Below, in pieces: positions 1 through 12,500 of a DNA stretch of 60,328 nt. The notes beneath the pieces are model-generated. The model saw only the letters and a program-made list of their open reading frames with translations. It ran no database searches and was not told the origin of the DNA. Position numbers and translations under genes: made by a program. The DNA lies in contig JAUCBJ010005790.1 of NCBI GenBank assembly GCA_032718475.1, forward strand, positions 1 to 60,328, given 5' to 3'. The stretch comes from Nemertoderma westbladi. Taxonomy: Eukaryota; Animalia; Xenacoelomorpha. The number at the start of each line of letters is the position of its first letter. Position 1 is the first letter of the stretch.

Positions 1-903
1 CAATGTATGATATGGGACAATGTAGGGTTTGGGACAATGTAGGGTGTGGGACAAGGTATTATTTGGGACAATGTAGGGTTTGGGACAATGTAGGGTTTGG
101 GACAATGTAGGGTTTGGGACAATGTAGGGGTTTGGGACAATGTAGGGTTTGGGACAATGTAGGGTTTGGGACAATGTAGGGATGGGACAATGTATGATAT
201 GGGACAATGTAGGGTTTCGGACAATGTTGGGTTCGGGACAATGTAGGGATGGGACAATGTATGATATGGAACAATGTAGTGTTTGGGACAAAGTAGGGTT
301 TGGGACAATGTATGGTTTAGGACAGTGTAGGGTTTGGGACAATGTAGGGTTTGGGACAACGTAGGGTTTGGGACAATGTAGAGTTTGGGACAATGCAGGG
401 ATGGGAAAATGTATGATATGGGACAATGTAGGGTGTGGGACAACGTATTGTTTGGGACAATGTAGGGTTTGGGACAATGTAGGGTTTGGGACAATGTAGG
501 GTTTGGGACAATGTAGGGATGGGACAATGTTTGATATGGGACAATGTAGGGTTTGGGACAACGTAGGGTTTGGGACAATGTAGGGTTTGGGACAATGTAG
601 GGATGGGACAATGTATGATATGGGACAATGTAGGGTTTGGGACAATGTAGGGTGTGGGACAACGTATTGTTTGGGACAATGGAGGGTTTGGGACAATGTA
701 GGGTTTGGGACAATGTAGGGTTTGGGACAATGTAGGGTTTGGGACAATGTAGGGTTTGGGACAATGTAGGGGATTGGGACAATGTAGGGTTTGGGACAAT
801 GTAGTGTTTGGGACAATGTAGGGTATGGGACTATGTAGGGTTTGGGACAGTGTAGGGTTTGGGACAATGTAGGGTTTGGGACAATGTAGGGGTTTGGGAC
901 AAC
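1..903 (+). repeat. 17-bp minisatellite (GGGACAATGTAGGGTTT)n
   Basis: Direct tandem repeats with minor variants; truncated by the window edge. Confidence 0.97.
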
Positions 904-3374
904 TGTTTGGAACAACTATTACATATATAAACTAAATGATAGGATTTGGTACCACATCACAGTATCAATCTATGCAAGTATACCGTTGGGACACTTTCAT
1001 CTGAGATCTACGCTAACATATTATGTTTATAAATAACCATATTAAATTATAATATAGTAAATTTGTAGTAATAAAAACCATGCGTTGCTAGGTTACTATA
1101 CAGAATAATCAATATTGGTATGCGCGATTATTAAAATTTGATCTAATACATTTGTTTTAAAACTAACTTTAGTTATTATAATTAAATAAAGATTATCATA
1201 AAAAATATAAGACCGTATTTTTACTTGAATAAGAACCCTGGCATTTTATGTTTATCAATTTCCAATGGGAGGAATCCAGTATTCGAGGGTAGGGTGGTGT
1301 TTGAATTCCTGACTTTGTGGTTCAAAGGAAGGTTATGTATTTCATCTAGTTAGTGACAAACGCATCCATAAGGCCGGTTTACAGGCGGCTACTTTACCAG
1401 CAACATCACCAGCAACTTTTTGAGCAACTTGAGTTGTTTGACTGTATTATAGTGGTCTCTTTAGAAACTGGGCCATAATTATATTATTAATGCGCAGAAC
1501 TAAACCAGTATTGTATTCCATAATAATAAAAAACAATCGTCAACAAAAGGCATCTGTGCAGAGATAGTAAAAAAAAAGGAGAAGAAATAAATCAAAAGGT
1601 TGAAAACAATAAAGAACCTGGAATTCTTCACAAAAAACAGATTTTATTTTATATTATTTAATTTGATTATCCCGCTTTAATCCACCCCCGCAATTTCCTT
1701 CACGTTGCGGTAAAAGTTGAGAAACTTGTTTTTAACAGCAACCTTAATTATTTTGGGGAACACAAAATACCGGTGCTGGGTTTCTAAGTCCATTCCACCA
1801 CCCACCAGTACCCACGCCCACGCACATAGCAAAATACCGGTAATCATAAATAATTAATACAAACGATAGTGTAAGGAACCTTAGACACTCCGGGCGTTTA
1901 TTACTGTCAGGGTTCTTATTATATAGTAAAATACGGCACCTGGAATAGAGACAGTCAGGGTTCGACCCAGGGCTAATTCCGGTGATGTGATTGGAGAATT
2001 ACAGATAATTTTGTCTCGCTAACGATTGCGGGTACATTCTCTTTCGCGTGATCCACGAACAGCGGTTGCTGCCGTGCTGGGTTGCGAGTTGGAATAGACC
2101 CTCCCACTGCATATCCAAGGTCGTAAATAATTAATTTTGCTTCGTTAATTATTTGATTAACGATTTGATTAATTAGTTAATAATTTGCTGCGTATTTTTT
2201 GTGAAATTAATAATTTTTGGGATGCCGTCGCTCCGCTTGAAGAGATAAAAAAAGATATAAAATAATTATAAGCCGAGGAGCAGAGCAGAAAATATCAAAT
2301 TATAATTGACACGCTGTTTATAAATAAACCATAAAATGTTAACATTGTTATTAGGGAATATTATAACACAAAGGTAGTGCTAATACTGGCGTTGCGAAAG
2401 CATGCTAACTATAATTAAATAATTAATAGGGAGGGGGTTAACCAGCAAATTAATTTGATAAAAATACTAGAATCGGAGGCAGATCACATTTAGACAGAAT
2501 ATTAGAGATGTCACACACAGCTGTGGTGTGTAAATAAATATATAAGATATTTTTTATACATAGATTTACTATTTACTTAATTTAACAACCATTCTTTATC
2601 CACTCTAAGGGGGATTTGTAAATAAACCCGCCACAAAATTAATTATCCTTAAAGAATCCGTAAATAACAAACAAACGATATTGTTGCAAATAAAAAATTA
2701 CGCATTATTTTCCAATATCTGTGCATTTAAAAATCGGGATCACAAAATCGGGATGCAACACAGGGGTAAAATAAAGTTATACAACGAGTTAATATCTTAA
2801 TTCAACCTAAGTTAATTATTCTATACTACTTTACTTACTACGTGGCGACCGTGGGATGTCTAGAAATAATGTATAAATAGTCAATAAAAAAAAGTTGTTT
2901 ATCGCCCTGCTATACTAAATAATTTCATTAAGTTACAATAAATTATTCTGAATTATATAGTAGACAACCGATATAGACCGTAAACGGTCACCCTTAACGT
3001 TTTATGGGTCGTACGAAGTTTTGCGGATTTTATTATAAATATTTCACTAACTCGCAAGTTCGTTGGTGAAACTAACAATGATATTACAAATTGTGATACC
3101 AATAAATTTATAGGTGAATGAAAAATGAACATAATTTAAACAAAAATAAGTGTTTCGATAGAAGAATACAAAGCTATGGCGAAATTTACTTAAACACTCA
3201 AAATTAGCAGAGATATATGTGTGTTAACAGCAATTTACCGGAATCGACATAAAAAAAACCGTCAGTGATGTATTATTTATTATTTCTCATCAATAAGTTA
3301 CTTGTGGAGAGTTTATAAGTCTCGTTTTCGTAAATATATAATAAAAATTTAATTATCCCCACTGATTCACTTAC

Positions 3375-3599
3375 ATCAAGGACATCGATTTTTGGAAAGT
3401 TGCATAATTTATCCCACTCCCGACGAATGTATCCTAGGTTGCCTAGCAACACTATGTGCTTGAGCTCGTGGTAGTGGAAGTTTGAGGATCGAAGAGGCAT
3501 AACGAAACTCTGTAGTCCGATGATGGGTGAGTTATCGTCGGCGAATATACAGACGACAACGTGGGAGTTCAGTACCGTCATTGCTGCCTCGGATCGACT
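3375..3599 (-). CDS. KCNMA1: Slo1 exon (RCK2 start)
   Basis: tttcag|[21 protein letters not shown]...[16 protein letters not shown]...FPKIDVLD|gtaagt, 225 nt. Confidence 0.95.
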
Positions 3600-6500
3600 C
3601 TGAAATAAAGTTAATTAATACTTTTTACCTTTTTTTTAATACCTTTTAAGATCAAGGGGCTCAAGACCATACAAAAGTATGACACCCGCGATATGTGTTA
3701 AGGCTTCCCTGAAAATACCTCATCTTAACAAAACATCTCATTTTAAAAATAATATTTCAAACGTTTTAAAATTGTAAAATAAATGTCAGGACTCGAATCG
3801 TTATAGAACAAGATACCGCGGCATTAATTAATTGGACTGTTTCTATCTCGCGATCTAAAGCAACACAAATATAAATACCATCTGCTGCCACTGTGCTCAA
3901 CCCTACAGTAATTGGTGGTCTTTAACCACTCGCTACAATGAAAGGGTAAGTGTACATTAACCATGAACCATCACGGCCACAATGATTAATTAAACACTCT
4001 AGCTACTAATTTGGGTAGGACAGTTGTAATAATATGAAGCCACTTATTCACCCATAAAACCAATAATAAACTATAAAAAACAAATATAAAAAGGGAGATA
4101 TAAGAAATAAAACGAATATTAAAGAAATTGCGACAACTATGGAGAATCGAGCTAATCGTAGTAGTTAAAGGGATAAAAAACTTTAAAATAATGAATAAAA
4201 ATCATTATAACAACAAACCAGAACGCATTTCTCGATATCCCGACATTCACACCAATGAAACATTCCGGTTACATCGTATTTCTTAACTTCCATGTCAATC
4301 TCTTTGGGTGAGTGTCTCAAGGAACCTCCTAGGTGACCGTTGCCAAGACTACCGCTCTCTGTCGCGACTGGACTGATTGGACGACTGTCTGTTTCATAAT
4401 GCTTCTTCTTTCTTCCGTTTAAGTTGGACGGGGGTTTATAACCAACTGCGGGATAAAGTTATAATTTTTTAGAACAGTTATTAATTATTATTAACTAATT
4501 ATTATTTTGTATTTTTTATTCGAAATTTTAAATATTACATAACACCCCGTAGGTGAATGTTTGCAATTGTAGAAGGTTATGCAACCACTGAAGTCGCTTT
4601 ATGTTACAAGTATAGGAGGTCAGTAAACTTTGCAAGGCATGGTTGTAATTTAACATTAAATAATAACAATCATTAATATTTTTAGATAGTTTATTTTATG
4701 TGTATTTAACATATAAAATTATAAAACTAAATCTGCATACGTCACATGCAACTTATTATTTTATGTTAAATTATTCCTTCATTCAGTGCTCAATGTTTCT
4801 CCAATTAAATTTCTCATTTATGTTTTATCTATTAAATTATTTTGCTTTTTTTATTGTGATTCCAAATTTTGGTTGATTTTCGCTTTAGGAATGCAACATC
4901 AATATTTAATATGTCACTCCTCTCAAATAATGTAATCTCCAGTAGTGAGGTATTTGTTAAATTATTAACAACGTCGTCAGTTTCCAAACCATTCGAGATT
5001 TGGCTACTTTTTTGTGGAACACACCGTTCATACTCATTCGCCTTTTTCTACGCCCTAATTTCTTTAGCGGGAAATCCCGTTGTACAGAAATCCACGCACT
5101 TCACTATTATAAAAAATGTAAATTTTTCCTGATTTTAAGAATTTTTAGTGTTGTCTCGACGTGTAGAAGGAAAAAATATTTTTTATAAAAAATAACCAAA
5201 ATATTAAATGTTATACAAATTATGTATTAAATAAAACAACATTTAACAAAATGTTTAACACCAAATGTGGTTGAACTCGATTACACTGAACTTTTTGAAA
5301 ATTACATTGGCGTAAGCGTATTCACCATCGACAAAAATTAGCAGACATACTAAATTTTATTAAATTTAATTATAAAAATCAGTTTGCATTGCAGAGTATT
5401 ATGATAATTCTCTGGTTAGGTACTGGTACATAGGACCAGACGTTACAATTCCGCACAAAATACGGCACTGTCACGCAACAATTTCTTGTCAAAGAATCAG
5501 AATCAGGGCTATTATAAATATTGAATAAGGAATAAGGAATTGGACATATATAGTTATACCGTTAGGTATTTAATGGTAAAAACTAGGGATGCGACAGAGC
5601 TCCGGCTCCGGAAATCCGGAGCTCCGGGCCAATTTTCTAGCTCCGGCTCTGGTTCCGGCTCCGGTCAAATTAACCCGGAGCCAATCCGGAGCTTATGTTG
5701 TTTAAATTCGAATTAAAATGGTAAGTTTTTCTGATGTATGAATAATGTAAATATCATAGGTGTAATATTATGGGTTTATTCAGAAGTGGAAAAAATGAGA
5801 AAGCGCGTCACCGGGGGTTGAACCAGCGCTATACGTACGTTTCGGCCTAACAGGCCTTATCAGTAGCGCTAACCAGCTCAGCCACTAGCCCCTGACACTC
5901 ACACTCCCACCTAATCCACTTCTATTGAACGGGCAGTCTTAAGTTGCATATATTCTATCTCTAACAGCGGACCTAACGGCCTCAAGTATGCTAGAGTGAA
6001 ACAGGAGGGAAGTACAAATAAATAAATATTCAGCTCGAGTATAGCCGAAACGTGCGTATAGCGCTGGTTCAACCCCCGGTGACGCGCTTTCTCATTTTTT
6101 CCACTTCTGAACAAACCCATTATATTACACCTTTAATTACAGTTGCAACAGCTCATCTCCAATTTATTTAGCAAATATCATAGCAATTAACATAATGTAA
6201 TACCCGGACCTAATCACTGCCAACGTCCGCACAGCAAACCTCGATTTCCGGCGCGAACGCGAAGCCAACGTCATATCGGAAGGCTACCTAAACGGCCCTG
6301 CCTTTGCTTGTTCCGTATATGGAAGCAACCGGGCCAACGGAATCGCCTCCACATCACCCGGGCCACGTCGCACGGATTCCACCATCTGATCTGCGCCACC
6401 AACACTCGCTTCCACATCATCTCTGTAGACTGTCTGTGCCGCCACTGCCACAACCAATGTGGGAACCGCTACCACGCCCTTAACTGCACCGCTTGTCCCA

Positions 6501-9500
6501 ACCTCGCAGTTCTCGCCTCGACCATTAACTTAAGAAACTAATTTTTATTTTATTTTATATCTATTTTACTGTTAAAAATAATATTATGATTTTACCGAAT
6601 TTCATTTACCCCGTTGGGGAGTGTATATTATTAATTAACATAATAACTCATTAAGTAATTTACAGCTTGTTTTTTTAAGTTTCCTGATAAACTCCCACCC
6701 CCCTTGTGAAATTGTTTAAATGTTTGAACAAAAACATTGAAATGATTCAGTTAATTCAATTAATATTCTTCCCTAATTAAAAAATCTTAAATACATGTAC
6801 TATCGTTTCGTTCTAGAACCCCCATTCCACCGACCCCCCCCCCCCCCCCCATCCCCAACAGTCTGGTACTACTCACTCATTTGTATAAAATAATCAGTTT
6901 AAATACTTATAATTCTAGAACTATTTTATATTATAGAACTTATGTCTATGAAATTTATGTAATAATAATTTTAATAGTTATACAATATTTGTGTGCGGAG
7001 ATTGTATTTCAGTTCCTGATTCAATAATGTAAATAGAGCCCTAGGACCCTCTAAACAGTTGTGATATATCCAAATTACTAAATATTATTTTAGATATCCG
7101 CTTTATGGCAGCCTACGTACGTAAGGTAGGTGGTACATGTTTAAACGTTTATCAATGAAAATATAATGAATACTGCACCAATTTCTCGAAATTAATTACA
7201 CAATGTTCCATAAAAATAATGTCGATGATAAGTTGACAACAAACCGAAGTTACTGATAGTCTAGTCGTAAAAAATAAAAATAACAGAGTTTGTGTAATGA
7301 GTGTGAACTGAAAAGTCTAAAACAATACAGTATATTTTAGCCTATTGAACACCAGATGAGATAAGGGAGTCTTTGGACGCAATCAAAATGCATTCCTCTC
7401 CAGGAGAAAATCGACGAAAATATCTGCTGATTACTCCCAAAAATAAAATTGTAACCTGTTCTATTGAATATAGTTTATTGTTTTGATTAGAATAGAATAG
7501 CATGCGACTGCAAACTGCTCATTTCCCTTAATTGATAATTGAGTAAGAATTTGCATCAAATCCCCCCCCCCCCCCCTGTTTCATGGACGCATATCTGTCT
7601 ATGTCTACTATAATAATACACTTGAATTATCAATCACCAAACCTCCGGCTCCGGCTCCGTCTCCGGCCGGAGCTAATATTGTAACCCGGAGAAACCTCCG
7701 GGCTCCGGCTCCGGATGAAATTTTAGCTCTGTCGCATCCCTAGTAAAAACTCAATGAGTTTGGGGGGTGCCAATTCCACTTGGTGGGAATTTTTCTAATG
7801 GTAGTACTTGGTTAGAACTAATTGAGTTCTCTCAAGGCTATTCCTTCTTGGTGTTTCTTTTTTAAGAAGAATTAGTTGACTTGGTGAAAACTCATGAGTT
7901 TATGAGCCAACGTCTGGACTTGGTAGAGATTATATTTTTTTGGTATTTCTCCTTGGTGAGAGTTTTTCTTATAAAGTTCAATAAAAATAAATTTAATCGG
8001 AATTAAGTCAGTTTGGAATTCATAATAAAGAACGGCTTGAAAAATATTCGTAACATTCTGGAAGGGGCGGGGCACATTCAATAAGTAAAATAAAGTTGTT
8101 TATACATTCAATAAGTAAAATAAAGTTGTTTAACTAGTATATAATATAACAAGAACACCATGATCCGTAATATAGTGTCATTTTCTGATGACACGGACCC
8201 CCCCCCCCCCCCCCCCCCAAATTTTTCTACAAATCTTTATCGTAATGCTTGAAATTTGAAACACAACTAGTTCAACTCACCGTGGTTGTTACCATGGAGC
8301 CGGAATTTTCGATTTTGTGCCTTTAATTTTTTATATTTTAAAGCGTTTTATAAAATGTCTTTTACGAAATCGCACCCGCATATCGTGGCTATTCTTCACA
8401 TTAGTCGTATTATTGTCATAATAGAAAGCTTGCCTTGCGACGATTCTAATTATTTAACAATATCTGAATTTCGTTGAGAAACAGCTGATTATATACCATT
8501 TATTCTATTTAATAAATACACAATGTTCCTTAATAAATACACAATGTTCTGGAACATTTTTTTTTATGTATGTATGAATAGCTAGGCAATATAGATATTG
8601 TATATAGGCATATCCCTGTTGCCCACCTACTCATAAAATAAATAACACGTTCTAGAATTTTATGTATATTAAATATAATAAATGGTTTATACAGCGAACG
8701 TTACAGGATACCGAGAGTGATAAACCCGGTTCCGATCTCGGAAAAACCGAAAAGTCTGCGCCCGTTTAAACACATTTAGTGTATATTATTATATTATTAT
8801 TATTATATTATATTATTATATTAAATATTAACGTATATATATTATATATTATTATATATATATTAACTGAAATAATCTGACATTTTTCATTATTATTATT
8901 ATTCATTATTTCATTAGTCCAAAGCGTTAAATTAGCGATAAACTGCGTAATTTTAAACTTCAGAGGCCGTTAATATCATCTGAAAGAAGAGAAAATGACC
9001 TTCAACCTGGTGCTTATAGTTTGTTTATATGTGACAATGAAACGGACATTTTATAATTGAACTTAGACAATTTTTTCCACCCTTTACTGCCGTCTAGTTT
9101 AATATAATAGTATAGTGCAGTATATATATATAATATAAAATTATATAATAGTATATTATTATATTTATACTATACTGCACGCCTGGAGCCCATTCAACTA
9201 CTGTTGTAAAGCTCATCAACCTCCCAACAATGGGCCTATTCATTCACGTCGACAGAAAAGTCAATACTGCCTTCCTGACAGCTGATAAACAAAAGAATAG
9301 CCGAAACTCATAGATATGGGTTTTCACCAAGTCAGAATAGATTGAAGGAAAAGTTTCCACCAAGAACAACAAACTGAACTGACAATCGCAAAACTCATAT
9401 TTTTTGAGTTTTCACCAAGTGGAGATGCGTCTTTAGAAAAACCATCACCAGTTTTTTAGTGGTTAAGCCTTTTAAGGTTTTGAGCCAGGGAGACTTAAAT

Positions 9501-12500
9501 TCGAATAATCGAATTATACGCTGATTTTATTAAATTTATGAGCGAATTTGGAATGTCTGCACTGCATGGTCCTACAGGACAATTTTAATTTACATCTAAG
9601 ATAATGGAATGGCAGTATTATAGACATGGTTAGACATGGTCAGGGTTAGTGCTACCAGACAGACATACTTAATCTTAGATAACTAGAAAACAAGACCGGA
9701 ACTTGAGATAAACTCGCAAAACTGAATTAAGACTTTAAAGAGAATTAAAATCTCCATTAAATTGTGATTCAAAAGAGAAATCGATTCGTTATGGTCACCC
9801 GCTGCTGGCTGGGCAGCTTTATAGATTGACATAATATCATATTTTTAACTCCCGAAGTTCAGGGTCACTAATTTCAGTGAACGCTGAAAAAGTTACCATT
9901 TAAGTTATTATAACATCATAACAACTCAAATGGTAACTTTTAAATTATATGACACTTAATAATAAACAACAGATTGCTTCAAAAATCAACAAACAATTAA
10001 ATACCGCAACAAAAAGTACAATATACTATTAAATTAGTAGGCTTACAGTATTTTAGTAAAACATGAAACATCAAAAAGGGAAGCAAAAGTGCACGACTAA
10101 ACAATCAAATATGAAGGACATGGGTTAGACAGCAATCATTGGTGAATGAATGTACATAATGGGGTTTCTGTGTGAGTGAACTACAAAACATAAAGCATTA
10201 GCCCAACAACACAATGCGCGTGATATAATTAATATAGATATTAAACAAACGTACACCCTGATATAAAGTCTTACCTAACAAACTGAGCGCTGCAAAGGAG
10301 AAAATAGTTTATCTATTAGGAAATAGTTTATCTATTAGGAAATAGTTTATCTATTAGAAATAGTTTATCTATTAGAAAATAGTTTATCTATTAGAAAATA
10401 GTTTATCTATTAGAAATAGTTTAAATCTATTAGAAAATAGTCTATTATTTGACTAAACTATACTGGAAACAAAATTACAATGCTGGAATCCACCATAGTA
10501 AAGCGGTATTACAAAAGTTACATTGCATTTGCTAGAGTCCGAATTTCATAACTATCATGAAAACTTGTCACTTAGAGTGAAAATAAATTCACTGGTGGGG
10601 GCGAGCCACGAAGTTAGCAAGCCAAGCAAAAAGATGCCGCTGAATGCAATGTGTATGTCGCGAGTGATATCTTTCATGCTATTTTTTGAGCACTTATTCC
10701 CCCGCAACTCTCCGCTTTCATAAACTAAAATTTGGTGGGACTATAGAAAAAGTTTTCCCGATGCCTAAAAAGCCTTCGAAGGTGGTCAAACTTTCCTGCA
10801 TAGATTTAAACGCGTCACGCACCAACTTCGTGACAGCTTCATTTCAATACATTAAAAACAGCCGAATCATCTGATGGTGCTGAAAGCATCGAATTCTACG
10901 TAATGACTAGAAAATAGCGATTTCGATATCTGGAACTGGGGGGTACACCTTATAGACAGGGTCAGTCTCCTTGATCCAGCTCAAGTTACTCATCTGGCAC
11001 TATAGGGCCTGGAAGTACAAACCTCTACATTCTGTCCCCTAGCGGTAGCCTGGGAACTGCAGATCTGCAAGTAGTGAAGTACTCAGCTCGTAAGCATTGC
11101 ATCCGAAGGTTTCACCCGCAAATATATCGCCCTCTGGAGGCAGACTGCAGAACTGCTGCGCGAACACCGAACCCACAAAAAGACACAGATTACGGTTAGT
11201 AGTTTTCGCAGCATATGTGGTAACCAGAAACACGCTTGTCGGACGATAATTTTTCGATGTGCACAATTTAGTCGCCAAAATGGCGTCAATAGCATGAATA
11301 TGGCAATATATTGTTTATTGTACTATTTCCAGGTCAACATTCTATCTGAGCAACTACAGTAGCTGAATGGTTAGAGCGCCAGACTTCCATCCTGGAGGTC
11401 ACCAGTTGGATCCCACCAAGACGCCAATGATAAGCTGTGCCCAACGAACTATATGAAAGAGGCATCCGTGGTTAATGGGGACCAAAATATATATTTGTCA
11501 AAAAATACTATGAAATCTCAACATGCAAGGAAAATATGATGTGAAAGTGTAAGTGTTTTCATTTTCGTGAGGACCGAATTCAACTATATTACAGCTACAG
11601 CCTAAATTAACAAAGAGGGTATATTGTTTCTCTATCAGGTGAGTATCGTGACTGTTTTTGTATAACTTACTTGTTTTACATTTACATTGCTTTATTCTTC
11701 GTATATCAGTGACGTCATCATGACACAGACGGCAGTAGTAATAGGCCCGTTTAACGTCTACAGCGCTGTCTGCTATAAAGAACCCCAGTGTACCGTCCTC
11801 TATCCTAACTCGGGTATTGGGGTTAATTACAATTCTAGAAACAATTAAAAACAATCAATTAAATCGTAAAAACACTGTTCACACTCAACAAACTGCCATT
11901 GTTAGAAGCGAGAAATCCTGAATAAGCGATGTAAAGTCAAATAAAATATCAACAAACATGTTTGAAATTTCGGACGTTTTGGAAGTTTGTTTTTCGTATA
12001 TATAAGTTTGAAAACTGACTGACTTACTTGCTTTCAGCTACATCATCCCGGACTTCCACCGCAAATATGAGAAGTTTTAACTTCACGAACATAAATCTAA
12101 AAGTAAAACAGACAAAATTACAAGTCTTAATGTTTCCGGTCGGACTAACTAATATCTACATCCCTTCAGCAAACTGACCAAAACTGTATTCCGGACTCTG
12201 CCTGTATGGTATTGCCAGTCTGGTAACCCGTTTCTAACAGCGATAAATTAATATTATTGTGAATTATACCATATTACGCTAAATACAAAAGAGCGAAAAT
12301 TCGGACGTCCCAATTTAGCTATCCCCCTCCCCTCCCCTCCCTCCCCCTGTCCGAAGATGTCCGGATATTGAAGTTTACGTTTTATAGAAACAAAGAGAAC
12401 ACGCCGCGTTCTATAACAGCTCACGACTCACTTGTTACATTGCCTTTCTTTCTCAGTCCCTTTGGGATTTCACGCTCGTTCACTCTAATTAAACTTTCTG

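Larger units (their letters stand above)
5584..7742. mobile_element. Non-autonomous hAT-type DNA transposon
   Basis: TIR TAGGGATGCGACAGAGCT, 8-bp TSD GTAAAAAC on both sides, subterminal CCGGAG/CTCCGG repeats. Confidence 0.9.

Noticed and set aside
59-799. Repetitive ORFs (LHCPKPYIVPNPT)
   Set aside because: Products of the 17-bp minisatellite.
11353-11425. Functional tRNA gene
   Set aside because: The acceptor stem and T-loop are degenerate; better explained as a SINE head or pseudogene.
12432-12484. Possible extra Slo1 exon (tag...gtgagt)
   Set aside because: 53 nt would shift the frame, there is no polypyrimidine tract, and the flanking exons join correctly without it.
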